Below, piece after piece: positions 19,197-28,853 of a DNA stretch of 64,000 bases (position 1 is its first letter; the number at the start of each line of letters is the position of its first letter). This DNA comes from Candidatus Saccharimonadota bacterium (GTDB lineage Bacteria > Patescibacteriota > Saccharimonadia > Saccharimonadales > SLHW01): positions 371,071-435,070 of the forward strand of contig JBJHDA010000001.1 of assembly GCA_050486305.1 (NCBI GenBank), read 5' to 3'. The notes under the pieces are model-generated. The model was not told the DNA's origin, made no database searches, and was given only the letters and a program-made list of their open reading frames with translations. Made by a program: the position numbers and the translations under genes.

Positions 19197-20083
19197 CAGG
19201 CACCACCTGTTGAATAGGCCTCTTTGCAAGCTTCATACCAGGCGAGCGTCACTGCTTTAATTATTGTTGGTCCAAGCACGTGCCGAACTTGATACGCCAG
19301 CTTTGGAGTCCAGCCCTTTTTATAATATGCTTCATACATTTCCAACGCGGCAATTTCTCTCGCCGAGCGGCGAAACCACTCGATATGCCCGATTTCTTCA
19401 ATAGTTTGTATGTCATCTTTTGTAGGTACGGCATCTCCAAACCCTAACGGCGCAATTATTGTTGCAATACCGATTTCGAAAAGGCCATGTGTTGTCATTA
19501 AGCCTTTCGGCCCCCACATCTTCCAGTTATTTGAAAGCTTTTCTCTGGTTGTTTCACCCGGCATTATAAGCTTATCCTTAATCGTAGTACGATCGTCAAT
19601 CGTTTTGCCGCCACGCAGCCTCGTCAATTCTTTTTCGTATGGATAATGATGCGCTGGCGTAAGTCCGTCGACAATCGCATGCGCCAACCATGCAGCCTCA
19701 AATGCAGCAGATTCTTCTTTATAGTCACGTAAGCTGCTTACGAGGCTGTCATAGTGATCGTTTATCAAATCAATAAGGGCTGAGTCCGACTCATTAAACG
19801 GACTGTAGTAGTGCCACGGTTCGTCTTGAGCAGGACTTTTGCGCTTTATCGCATCTGGTCCGTTTTTCCCTTCGTACCGTAATATATTCCGTGAACTCGG
19901 GAACTTATACTGATTATTGGAAGTAATTTTATTTAAATGGCGTCGTGCCACTTTATCGAATTTTTGGTGCGCACCGATAATCTTCCCTGAATACTTTGTT
20001 ATTGTTGAGCCTGAATACATAAAATCGGTTACCGTTCTGAACGCCCTTCGGCGCCCTGCATCAATGTTTCCGGATACTGACAA
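19196..20083 (-). CDS. hypothetical protein, zinc-dependent phospholipase C / P1-nuclease-like fold (tentative)
   Basis: WHYYSP and WLAHAIVDGLTPAHH resemble the HFYDP and LHYLGDVNQPMHA metal-site motifs of Bacillus PLC (recalled). No signal peptide. Start uncertain (TTG 20083 or ATG 20020). Confidence 0.45.
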   Translation of the reverse strand: MSVSGNIDAGRRRAFRTVTDFMYSGSTITKYSGKIIGAHQKFDKVARRHLNKITSNNQYKFPSSRNILRYEGKNGPDAIKRKSPAQDEPWHYYSPFNESDSALIDLINDHYDSLVSSLRDYKEESAAFEAAWLAHAIVDGLTPAHHYPYEKELTRLRGGKTIDDRTTIKDKLIMPGETTREKLSNNWKMWGPKGLMTTHGLFEIGIATIIAPLGFGDAVPTKDDIQTIEEIGHIEWFRRSAREIAALEMYEAYYKKGWTPKLAYQVRHVLGPTIIKAVTLAWYEACKEAYSTGGA

Positions 20084-20117
20084 AATAACAGCAGAGACTG
20101 CGCACGGAAACTGATAG

Positions 20118-22154
20118 TTAGTTTAGGTTTGTGACTGATTGCAATGCCTTGATTCGCTTCCGAAGATATGGATATTGTAGCAAATTATAGTCAGATTCGA
20201 TACAGTCACGCGCGGCCCCCCTTGCGTCTGCAATCATTCGCGTATCAGTCAGAGAAGCCACCCTCAGATCAAGCGCGCCATGCTGAAGTGTTCCGTAAAT
20301 CGAGCCAGGGCCTCGGATCTCTAGGTCAAATTCTGCAAGTCGAAAGCCATCGTCTGAAGCTTCAAGAGCCCGCAAGCGCCGCGATGGTGTCTTGTCCTCG
20401 GACAATACAAAATAACAATACGACTGATGTTCCGATCTCCCTACACGACCACGTAGTTGATGGGCTTGAGCCAGCCCAAACTGCTCAGCACTTTCAATAA
20501 TCATAACCGTAGCGTTCGGTATATCTACCCCAACTTCAACAACAGTAGTTGCTACCAGAATGTCAATCTTGTGGTTAATAAAGTCACGCATAACGGATTC
20601 TTTCTGCTGTGCCGGCAACTTTCCGTGGAGCAAACCGATCCGATAGTTTGATAGCTCGCTCTGCTTTAGCTTCTCATACATCTCGATGACCGAAGCGCCA
20701 GGCCGTTGATCGGAAGGGTCGATTAATGGACAAACGACAAAAACCTGTCTCCCGGTTTGGAGCTGTTTAGCTACGGCTTTGTACATTTGTGTCCGAGCGG
20801 AGGGGATAACCAGCTTTGTTTCTACTGGCTGCCTGCCAGCCGGTTTTTGGTTTATGATTGAGATATCGAGCTCACCGTAAAGCGTCAGTGCCAAGCTGCG
20901 GGGTATTGGAGTTGCGGTCATGTGAAGTACGTGCGGCATATAGCCAGCTTTTTTTTGTAGTTTTTTGCGCTGCTGGACACCGAACCGATGCTGCTCATCA
21001 ACGATGACAAGCCCAAGTTTTCTCATCGCTACATTTTCTGATATCAGCGCATGGGTACCGATAATAAATTTCACTTCACCGCTCGCGATTTTATCTTGTA
21101 GCTGTTTTTTCTTTCTCGGCGGCAGGCTGCCAACCAACAGCCCGACAGTCCGCCCCAGACCAAGCGGGCGCAGGAGGTTTGCCACGGTTTCCGCGTGCTG
21201 AGCTGCAAGTAACTCGGTCGGAGCCATCAGGGCAGCTTGATAATTATTTTGCATGACCATAACCGCTGCCATCACCGCCACCACCGTCTTGCCGGCACCT
21301 ACATCGCCCTCTAGTAATCGGTTCATCGGATGGGCGCTCTCCATATCTTTTAGGATTTGCCAACAAACTTTTCTTTGCTCATCGGTTAATGCAAATGGCA
21401 GCTTTGATACAAATGATTTCGCAGCAGCTTCATCGAACGCAATTCTAACACTTGAGTCATTTTGGGCAGCCTGCTTCTGGAGCAGCGATGCATAAGCAAG
21501 CTCAAACACTTCGTTAAAGCCGTATCGTTCTTTTGCTCGCTCTAAGGACCTCATTGAGGAAGGAAAATGCATCTGCTCTATCGCTTCGTTGTAAGGAATC
21601 AAGCTGTAACGCTGCACAACGGCTGGAGGCAGCTGCTCAGGCAGTTGTCGTATAGCCGGCAGGCAAGCACTCATAATACGTCGCATCTGAACCGAGGTTA
21701 ACCCTTTTGTTTCTCGGTAAACAGGAACAATTCTGGCGGTGTGCACATTCATGCTGCTTGCTTGTTCTACCGATGGGTTAATAATACTAAAGCGCTGACG
21801 GCTCAGCTTGTATTCGCCGGAAATAAAGTAGGTTTCATCGTGCTTTATTTGTCTTGCTCTATACGGCTGGTTAAACCAAATAATACGCACAGAGCCGCTC
21901 TTGTCTTGGGCAATCGCTTCGGTAATGTGCATTCCCCGCTGCACATAACGACCCTTGATGCTGGTAAAGCGCACCCGTGCACTCACAAGTCCCGGCCGAA
22001 AACTCGCAATTAATGATACGTCGGAAAAATCGTTGTAAGTTCGCGGAAAGTAACGAATTACGTCATCGATTGAATGTAATCCTAGATGGCGCAATGTTTT
22101 GCCAAGCACTTCTCCGACACCTGAAATAGACTCCACTGGATCAGTTAGCTGCAT
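20118..22154 (-). CDS. recG: ATP-dependent DNA helicase RecG
   Basis: 678 aa; N-terminal wedge/OB region, GDVGAGKT Walker A, DEQHRFG, TATPIPR, QLRGRVGR. TATACT 7 nt upstream of the ATG. Confidence 0.93.
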   Translation of the reverse strand: MQLTDPVESISGVGEVLGKTLRHLGLHSIDDVIRYFPRTYNDFSDVSLIASFRPGLVSARVRFTSIKGRYVQRGMHITEAIAQDKSGSVRIIWFNQPYRARQIKHDETYFISGEYKLSRQRFSIINPSVEQASSMNVHTARIVPVYRETKGLTSVQMRRIMSACLPAIRQLPEQLPPAVVQRYSLIPYNEAIEQMHFPSSMRSLERAKERYGFNEVFELAYASLLQKQAAQNDSSVRIAFDEAAAKSFVSKLPFALTDEQRKVCWQILKDMESAHPMNRLLEGDVGAGKTVVAVMAAVMVMQNNYQAALMAPTELLAAQHAETVANLLRPLGLGRTVGLLVGSLPPRKKKQLQDKIASGEVKFIIGTHALISENVAMRKLGLVIVDEQHRFGVQQRKKLQKKAGYMPHVLHMTATPIPRSLALTLYGELDISIINQKPAGRQPVETKLVIPSARTQMYKAVAKQLQTGRQVFVVCPLIDPSDQRPGASVIEMYEKLKQSELSNYRIGLLHGKLPAQQKESVMRDFINHKIDILVATTVVEVGVDIPNATVMIIESAEQFGLAQAHQLRGRVGRSEHQSYCYFVLSEDKTPSRRLRALEASDDGFRLAEFDLEIRGPGSIYGTLQHGALDLRVASLTDTRMIADARGAARDCIESDYNLLQYPYLRKRIKALQSVTNLN

Positions 22155-22168
22155 GTGGTGTAGTATAC

Positions 22169-22972
22169 CTACTTCACGCGTCGAACAAGAAAGAATACGC
22201 TCGGCCCAAAGTACATCTTTGATAGCACCGGCTGTAGCATCCGTTCTACAGCCAACATAATTGAAATTGGTACAACTTTCTTAAGCAGCGGGCTTCTAAG
22301 ATTAGATACGGATAGACTTCGTTCAACCTTAAGCCCGGCGTGTGCGAGCTGCTTGATAACCGTTTTTGGGTTATGGTTCACAAACGCCACTTCATCATCC
22401 CGGCGATTTTCGGGTGAACGTATATCAACCGGCTTCGTAGGTAGCTTTTTCCGCTTTACTGCATGACGTAACCGATTTCTGGCATGTGCGTAGTTTGCCA
22501 TCTCTAAGATTAAATAGCCGTCCTTCTGAAGTACTCTCGCAATTTCATCAAATTCTTTGGAAGGGTCCGGTAAATGATGCATCACTCGAATCATCGTAAT
22601 AAGGTCGATACTATTGGTTTTAAAATCGAGGCTGTCAGCTTGCATCTGCTGCTGATTGATATTTTCATGGTCCTTTAAATAGTCTTCCGCGATTTCGAGC
22701 TGTTTTTTAGACGGTTCAGCGAGCGTTACCTTGTTGGCATATTTCTTTAGAAATACACATAGCCTCCCATAGCCGCCGCCGATATCAACTGCGTGCTTGA
22801 ACGACTTGCCGCGTAACAAGCGGCTGATAGCAATCTGTTCAGCGCCGTGTTCATAATCACGCCCTTCCCAATAGTGCAGGTAGTTATAGTCTCCTGTATC
22901 GTACTGGTCAGCTCGCTTTGCAGCTGTTTTGGGTGACTTTTTTGCGTGTGTTTTAGACTGATTTTTTTTCAT
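22169..22972 (-). CDS. class I SAM-dependent methyltransferase
   Basis: VDIGGGYGRL glycine-rich motif I; start set to ATG 22972 (TATACT 8 nt upstream). The longer ORF (23011) would overlap tyrS. Confidence 0.65.
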   Translation of the reverse strand: MKKNQSKTHAKKSPKTAAKRADQYDTGDYNYLHYWEGRDYEHGAEQIAISRLLRGKSFKHAVDIGGGYGRLCVFLKKYANKVTLAEPSKKQLEIAEDYLKDHENINQQQMQADSLDFKTNSIDLITMIRVMHHLPDPSKEFDEIARVLQKDGYLILEMANYAHARNRLRHAVKRKKLPTKPVDIRSPENRRDDEVAFVNHNPKTVIKQLAHAGLKVERSLSVSNLRSPLLKKVVPISIMLAVERMLQPVLSKMYFGPSVFFLVRRVK

Positions 22973-22997
22973 ACCGCGGTAGTATACCAGGTTCAAG

Positions 22998-24245
22998 CTA
23001 GGATCGCTCAATTAGTGCTGTGTTTTTTAACGTTTTGCCCTTTCTGAGCAGTAATTTCCCGTTTAAAAAATGACCTTCTGCGAATGTATCGCTTGTAATT
23101 GCCTGACCGTTTACATATACCGAACCTCCTGCAATCAGCCGACGTGCATCGGAGTTTGAGCTCGCTAGCCCGCTCTTTACAAGCGCATCAATTACACTAT
23201 CGCCCGATGAAACTTGCGCCGAATAAGTTTCGTCGCGGATTGTTTTGAGCTCGTCCTCAGTTGCCTCATCGATCGTACGTTTTCCAGTTATAAAATCTGT
23301 TACATTCTGTGCAAGTAACATCAAATCTTCACTGTGAACGAGACGTGTTACTTCTTCTGCTAGCCGTCGTTGGGCATACCGCTCTTTGGGCGACTGCTGA
23401 TGGGTTTGGATAATTTCATCAACTTGGCTTTTATTCAGCTCGGTATAAATCTTTATATAATCTTCCACACCACCATCATCAGCGTTAAGCCAAAATTGGT
23501 AAAACTGCGTCGGGCTAGTCTTGGCAGAATCAAGCCACACAGCACCCTCTTCGCTTTTACCAAATTTTTTACCCGTTGCCTTATTGATAACCAGTGGCTG
23601 GGTTATGACATGGGCTTCAGCGCCGCGAGCCTTCCGTATCAACTCAACACCGCTTAAACAGTTCCCCCATTGGTCGGAACCACCAAGCTGTAATGTGCAC
23701 CCAAACGTATCAAAAAGGTGCAAATAGTCCATACCTTGAAGCAGCGTGTAGCTGAACTCTGTATAACTTATACCTGAGCCGCCCTCACCCATACGCTGAG
23801 CAATATAGTCACGTTGAACAAGCGGCGTCATACTATAATGTTTGCCGATATCCCGTAAAAAATCGAGCACTGTCATGTCTTTTGTCCAGTCAAGATTATT
23901 TACGAGTGTAAAATCTTGACCGGAAAAAACCTTTTCAATTTGCGCGCGCGCCTTTTCAACATTTTGAGCAATAACTGACTCGTCTTGAAGTTCGCGCTCC
24001 TTGTCTTTTCCGCCCGGATCACCGATCAAACTGGTCGCACCGCCAGCGAGCAGGATAGCCTTGTGCCCGTGACGCATAAATACTTTATCGAACATCATCG
24101 CAGCCAAATTGCCAACAGTCTGCGAGTCAGCGCTAGCATCAAAGCCGTGATAAAACGTCCAGCTCTGTGAGTCGAGTGCTTTAATGTCCTTAAATGTCGA
24201 CTGCTGGACAAAGCCCCGCCAGATTAATTCTTCAGATAATGTCAT
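22998..24245 (-). CDS. tyrS: tyrosine--tRNA ligase (HIGH motif replaced by TVGN)
   Basis: Collinear with bacterial TyrRS (GGATSLIGDPGGK, GGSDQWGN, KFGKS, C-terminal S4 domain ARRLIAGGSVYVNG). TATACT 10 nt upstream of the ATG. Confidence 0.9.
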   Translation of the reverse strand: MTLSEELIWRGFVQQSTFKDIKALDSQSWTFYHGFDASADSQTVGNLAAMMFDKVFMRHGHKAILLAGGATSLIGDPGGKDKERELQDESVIAQNVEKARAQIEKVFSGQDFTLVNNLDWTKDMTVLDFLRDIGKHYSMTPLVQRDYIAQRMGEGGSGISYTEFSYTLLQGMDYLHLFDTFGCTLQLGGSDQWGNCLSGVELIRKARGAEAHVITQPLVINKATGKKFGKSEEGAVWLDSAKTSPTQFYQFWLNADDGGVEDYIKIYTELNKSQVDEIIQTHQQSPKERYAQRRLAEEVTRLVHSEDLMLLAQNVTDFITGKRTIDEATEDELKTIRDETYSAQVSSGDSVIDALVKSGLASSNSDARRLIAGGSVYVNGQAITSDTFAEGHFLNGKLLLRKGKTLKNTALIERS

Positions 24246-24393
24246 TTCATCAACCAGTATACAACATCTATATTTACATCGTTCGCAAGGTGGCGTTTGT
24301 ATTTTTTTTAACGCTTATTTTTTCTAAAGTTTTGGTATACTTTAGTAATAATCATCGACATGATTTTTTAGGGAGATAAGTACACGTAGAACT

Positions 24394-27300
24394 ATGGTTA
24401 AGAAGAAAACGACAAAGCGATCGGCTAACACTGGTCGCAAGCCCAAGACGCAGGCGAATAAGGCAAAGAAGCCGTCAAAAAATGCTTACAAAACCAGAAG
24501 TGGCCGAACAATCGAACTGCACCGCAACATCATTGATAAGCTCCGGGCAAAAAAATCCGATGCAGCTCGAAGAAAAGCCACGCGTCTTGCCGGCATGCCA
24601 AAAGGCAGAGTGAAACGGTTTTTTTATAGATTGCATCCAAAGCGGCTATACAAATACTGGTTTAGCCGCGAAGGAGCAATCATGTTTCTGCGTATTACCG
24701 GCGTCGGTATTATCGTTGGGTTTCTTGTCCTTGTTGGGCTCTTCGCTTATTTCCGCAAGGACCTGCCGGATCTACGAGACATTTCAGGAAACAATATTGG
24801 CGGAAGTATACGTTATTACGACAGAACGGGCGAAACACTACTCTGGGAAGACTTTGATGCCGTAAAGCGTGTCCCTGTCCATGGCGATGACATATCAGAA
24901 CATATGAAGAACGCTGCTATCGCAGTTGAGGACCGCGACTTCTTCAAGCACAGCGGCTTTGACATCCGCGGCATTTCCCGAGCTGCTATCCGTAACGTAA
25001 CCGGACATGGAGAGGTGCGCCAAGGTGGCTCTACCATAACTCAGCAATTAGTTCGATTAACACAGGCGGAGGTTGGAGCCGAGCAGACCTATTCTAGGAA
25101 ACTCAAAGAGTTAATCTTGTCTATCGAGCTGGAGCGGAGCTTCACAAAAGACGAGATTCTTGTCGGATATCTAAATACTGCTCCGTTTGGTAATGTGCAG
25201 TATGGCGTCGAGTCCGCCTCACAGGACTACTTCGACAAACCGGCCAGCGAGCTCACTATTTCAGAGGCTGCATTTTTAGCAGCTATCCCGCAATCGCCCT
25301 CTTATTATTCACCGTACGGGGCAAACTTTAACCCGGAAGCAATTGCAGGCAGAACACAGTTCGTTCTCGAGCAAATGCATAACCTTAATATGATCTCTGA
25401 CGAAGAGCTTGAAGAAGCCCTCGAGGACGACATTCTTGCAGGAATTGGCGAGCCTAGAACCAGATACGGCAGTATTCGCGCGCCTTGGTTTGTGCTGACC
25501 GCGAAGGATCAGCTTGAAGCGGCCTACACAGAGGGTGCCTTTCAGCGCGGCGGGTGGAAGGTTATTACGACTCTCGACCTTGAACTGCAAGAGATTGCGG
25601 AAGAAAGCGTACAAGACGGCGTCGCTCAAATCAGAAGTCAGGGAGGTGACTCAGCCGGGTTTGTTGCTGAAGACGTAGAAACCGGGCAAGTTGTTGCGCT
25701 TGTTGGCGGAACTGATTTTGAAAACGAAGAATTCGGGCAGAACAACTATGCCCGGTTGCGTTTACCGCCAGGTTCAAGCTTTAAGCCATACGACTATCTC
25801 GCCCTGATGGAACACACGGAAAACTTCGGTGCCGGCTCGGTGCTGTACGACCAGCAAGGGCCACTTCCTGGTTATCCATGTACGACCGGTTCAGGCAGGG
25901 ATGGTAACTGTCTGCGAAACTTTGACTTCCGCTACCCTGGCCCGGTCACGCTGCGGTATGCACTTGGCGGCTCCAGAAACGTACCCGCAGTAAAAGCGAT
26001 GCTTATTGCCGGTATTGATGACACTATCGAGCTAGCAGAACGCCTGATGGCTAACCCAGGCGAACCTGACGAAATCGTTCACGATAACTATAACTGTTAC
26101 GCCGATGATGAGCTGACAGTCAGGGCTGAATGTTTTGCTTCATCAGCAATCGGTGACGGCGCCTACCTCCGACTCGATAAGCACGTCCACGGCATGGCTA
26201 CCATCTCACGCAACGGCAACAATATTCCGCAAACCTACATTCTCAGAGTCGAAGATTCAGACGGCAGAGTGCTGGATGAATGGGAACCAACACCCGGCGA
26301 ACAAGTTGTCAGAGAAGACGCAGCTTATATCGTTGCTGATATGATGGCAGACCCGAACGCCAGCTATATGAGCCGAAAACCACACCGCTACAATGGCTGG
26401 GATTTCAGCCTGAAAACCGGAACCACGAATGACGCAAAGGACGGCTGGCTTGTTGGGTTCTCAACTAAGTATGCAGCGGGCGTCTGGGTCGGCTCACACA
26501 ATCGGCAAGTAGAGATGACTGGCTTCATGGAAAATATGACCCAACCAATCTGGCAAGGATTTATGGAGCGAGCCCACAATGACATCGAGCCGATTGAGCG
26601 GCCAAGACCAAGTGGCATTCAGGAGTTACCCGCCTTCGTTATTCGTAACAATGTTGGCTTAGCATCGGTTGAGCCAAGCCGCTCGACTGATCTCTACCCG
26701 AGCTGGTTTAACCGCCGGTCTGGCTCCGATGAGCGGCAAACTATAGACATCGTTTCCAACAAGCTGGCTACCGAGTGTACGCCGGACAGAGCCCGCCGTG
26801 AGGTAACCGGCAGCGATCCGGCACAATTCTCAGGTGATGAATTCGTAGACCGAGCTGCCGACACAACACAAGAAGACGATGTCCATGATTGTGACGATAC
26901 ACTTCCAGGCATAAGTTTGAGCGTCAGCGAATCTGATGGCAACTATAGGATTCGAGCAAATGTGACGCAAGGCACCCACCCGATTTCCAGCGATGACTTC
27001 CAGGGAGTTGTTGAATTCCGCGTTAACGGAAGCGTCGTGCAGGAATACGATATAAACAGTCCGGGTAACACCCCAACATTCACCTACTCAGGCAGTTTTA
27101 GTGGTACACGAGAGCTTACTGCTATCGTTGTGGACAGTGTGCTCTATGACAACCAGGACAGTACTACTTTGAGCGGACTTGGCGGCGGCAATAGCCTGTC
27201 TGCTTCGGTATCCGGCGGAAACGGCAGTTCCTGGGTCTTCACCTGGACGAACAATAGCGGCCGCGTAACCGTCTATCGGGATGATAATGACGAGCCAGTG

Positions 27301-27423
27301 TCATCCAACTGCACCAATGTTCATAGAAACAACTCGAGCTGCAGTGCCGACGACTCAGCCCTGAGCGCTGGGGAGACGGTGTACGTTGAAGACAATAATT
27401 CGAAGTACGTCCTAACACTCTAG
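24394..27423 (+). CDS. class A penicillin-binding protein (GT51 transglycosylase + transpeptidase) with long basic N-tail and about 275-aa C-terminal extension
   Basis: EDRDFFKHSGFD, GGSTITQQL (GT51); SSFKP (SxxK) and KTGTT (TPase); one TM segment (ITGVGIIVGFLVLVGLFAYF). Confidence 0.9.
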   Translation: MVKKKTTKRSANTGRKPKTQANKAKKPSKNAYKTRSGRTIELHRNIIDKLRAKKSDAARRKATRLAGMPKGRVKRFFYRLHPKRLYKYWFSREGAIMFLRITGVGIIVGFLVLVGLFAYFRKDLPDLRDISGNNIGGSIRYYDRTGETLLWEDFDAVKRVPVHGDDISEHMKNAAIAVEDRDFFKHSGFDIRGISRAAIRNVTGHGEVRQGGSTITQQLVRLTQAEVGAEQTYSRKLKELILSIELERSFTKDEILVGYLNTAPFGNVQYGVESASQDYFDKPASELTISEAAFLAAIPQSPSYYSPYGANFNPEAIAGRTQFVLEQMHNLNMISDEELEEALEDDILAGIGEPRTRYGSIRAPWFVLTAKDQLEAAYTEGAFQRGGWKVITTLDLELQEIAEESVQDGVAQIRSQGGDSAGFVAEDVETGQVVALVGGTDFENEEFGQNNYARLRLPPGSSFKPYDYLALMEHTENFGAGSVLYDQQGPLPGYPCTTGSGRDGNCLRNFDFRYPGPVTLRYALGGSRNVPAVKAMLIAGIDDTIELAERLMANPGEPDEIVHDNYNCYADDELTVRAECFASSAIGDGAYLRLDKHVHGMATISRNGNNIPQTYILRVEDSDGRVLDEWEPTPGEQVVREDAAYIVADMMADPNASYMSRKPHRYNGWDFSLKTGTTNDAKDGWLVGFSTKYAAGVWVGSHNRQVEMTGFMENMTQPIWQGFMERAHNDIEPIERPRPSGIQELPAFVIRNNVGLASVEPSRSTDLYPSWFNRRSGSDERQTIDIVSNKLATECTPDRARREVTGSDPAQFSGDEFVDRAADTTQEDDVHDCDDTLPGISLSVSESDGNYRIRANVTQGTHPISSDDFQGVVEFRVNGSVVQEYDINSPGNTPTFTYSGSFSGTRELTAIVVDSVLYDNQDSTTLSGLGGGNSLSASVSGGNGSSWVFTWTNNSGRVTVYRDDNDEPVSSNCTNVHRNNSSCSADDSALSAGETVYVEDNNSKYVLTL

Positions 27424-27473
27424 GCAAACTTCGTTCGTTCCGTCCTACTTGTGGTTACTCTTTGCAACACATA

Positions 27474-28826
27474 CTAAGTGAGAAAGCTATTCAGCGCAGA
27501 ACGCACGTCCTTAACACCGCTATATCCGCGCGGTGTACGAGTACCCTGCTGCCTCGGCCCAATCACTGTGTCAAACCCGAGCTTCTTTGCCTCGGCAGTT
27601 CGTTTTTCAGTATACGCAACGTGACGAACCTCACCAGACAAACCGACTTCACCAAACACCACCGCATCAGCATTTAGCTTCATACCTTTCGCAGCAGAAG
27701 CGATTGCCATACAGACGGCCAGATCAGCTGCTGGTTCGGTAATTCGAATCCCGCCGACGATATTCAAATACACGTCCATATCGGCCAAACGCAGTTTCGT
27801 TCTGCGTTCAAGCATGGCAATCAGCACGTTTATTCGGTTTAAGTCGATGCCACTCGCAGCCCGTTTTGGATAACCGTAACTGGTTTTATTCACGAGCGCC
27901 TGCACCTCTACGAGTATCGGCCTGGTTCCTTCGAGAGTTGCTAGCACAACTGAGCCATCGGTTTTTTGCCGCTCTGCAAGCAGGGCAGCAGAAGGATTAC
28001 TTACGATTTCAAGCCCTGTCTCCTTCATCTCAAAAATAGCTGAATGCTCTGTTGAGCCATAGCGGTTCTTTATAGAGCGAAGTACCTTAAAGCCGCCATA
28101 GCGGTCACCCTCAAGCTGCAGCACGACATCAACGATGTGCTCTAACAGTTTTGGTCCGGCAATAGACCCTTCTTTGGTGACGTGGCCAACCAGCAATAAC
28201 GCGGTACCCGCCTGTTTTGCTGCCATTGCAAGCAATTTTGTACTATTGGTAATTTGCGAGACCGAACCAGCAGCCGATGCCACCGCTTCGCACGCAACCG
28301 TTTGAATCGAATCCACAATAACTAGATCGAACTCGCTTTTTTGGATCGAGGCTAAAATCTCATCCGTTGAAGTAGAAGATACGATATTAAGCTTCGAATC
28401 AGCTAACCCGAGCCGCTTCGCCCGAATCGCAACTTGGTGCGCCGACTCCTCACCGCTCACGTACAAAACATTCGATTTTTTTGCAACTAAATGAGCAACT
28501 TGTAAAAGCAGTGTACTTTTGCCGATCCCCGGCTGGCCGGCCAGTAAATTTACACTCCCTGTCACAATGCCGCCGCCGAGCACTTCGTCCATGTCAGCCA
28601 AGTTTGTAATAAGACGTTTTTGGTCGTGAGCCACGGCTTTCGCGACCGACTCTGGCTTTAACGGCTGAGCGACCGTGCCCGTGCGTTTGCCTGTGCCGGA
28701 AAGCGGTTTTGTGATCACCTGCTCTTCAAGCGTGTTCCACTCACCACATGCAAAACATTTACCGCTCCAGCTTGCGGTCTCGTTCCCGCAGCCACTACAC
28801 ACAAACAACACTTTATCTTTGGCCAT
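27474..28826 (-). CDS. radA: DNA repair protein RadA/Sms
   Basis: N-terminal C4 zinc finger (CSGCGN...CFACGEW), GQPGIGKST Walker A, KNRYG, Lon-like C-terminal domain. TATAAT 7 nt upstream of the ATG. Confidence 0.93.
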   Translation of the reverse strand: MAKDKVLFVCSGCGNETASWSGKCFACGEWNTLEEQVITKPLSGTGKRTGTVAQPLKPESVAKAVAHDQKRLITNLADMDEVLGGGIVTGSVNLLAGQPGIGKSTLLLQVAHLVAKKSNVLYVSGEESAHQVAIRAKRLGLADSKLNIVSSTSTDEILASIQKSEFDLVIVDSIQTVACEAVASAAGSVSQITNSTKLLAMAAKQAGTALLLVGHVTKEGSIAGPKLLEHIVDVVLQLEGDRYGGFKVLRSIKNRYGSTEHSAIFEMKETGLEIVSNPSAALLAERQKTDGSVVLATLEGTRPILVEVQALVNKTSYGYPKRAASGIDLNRINVLIAMLERRTKLRLADMDVYLNIVGGIRITEPAADLAVCMAIASAAKGMKLNADAVVFGEVGLSGEVRHVAYTEKRTAEAKKLGFDTVIGPRQQGTRTPRGYSGVKDVRSALNSFLT

Positions 28827-28853
28827 TACCCCTATTATACACAGCTATTGCTG

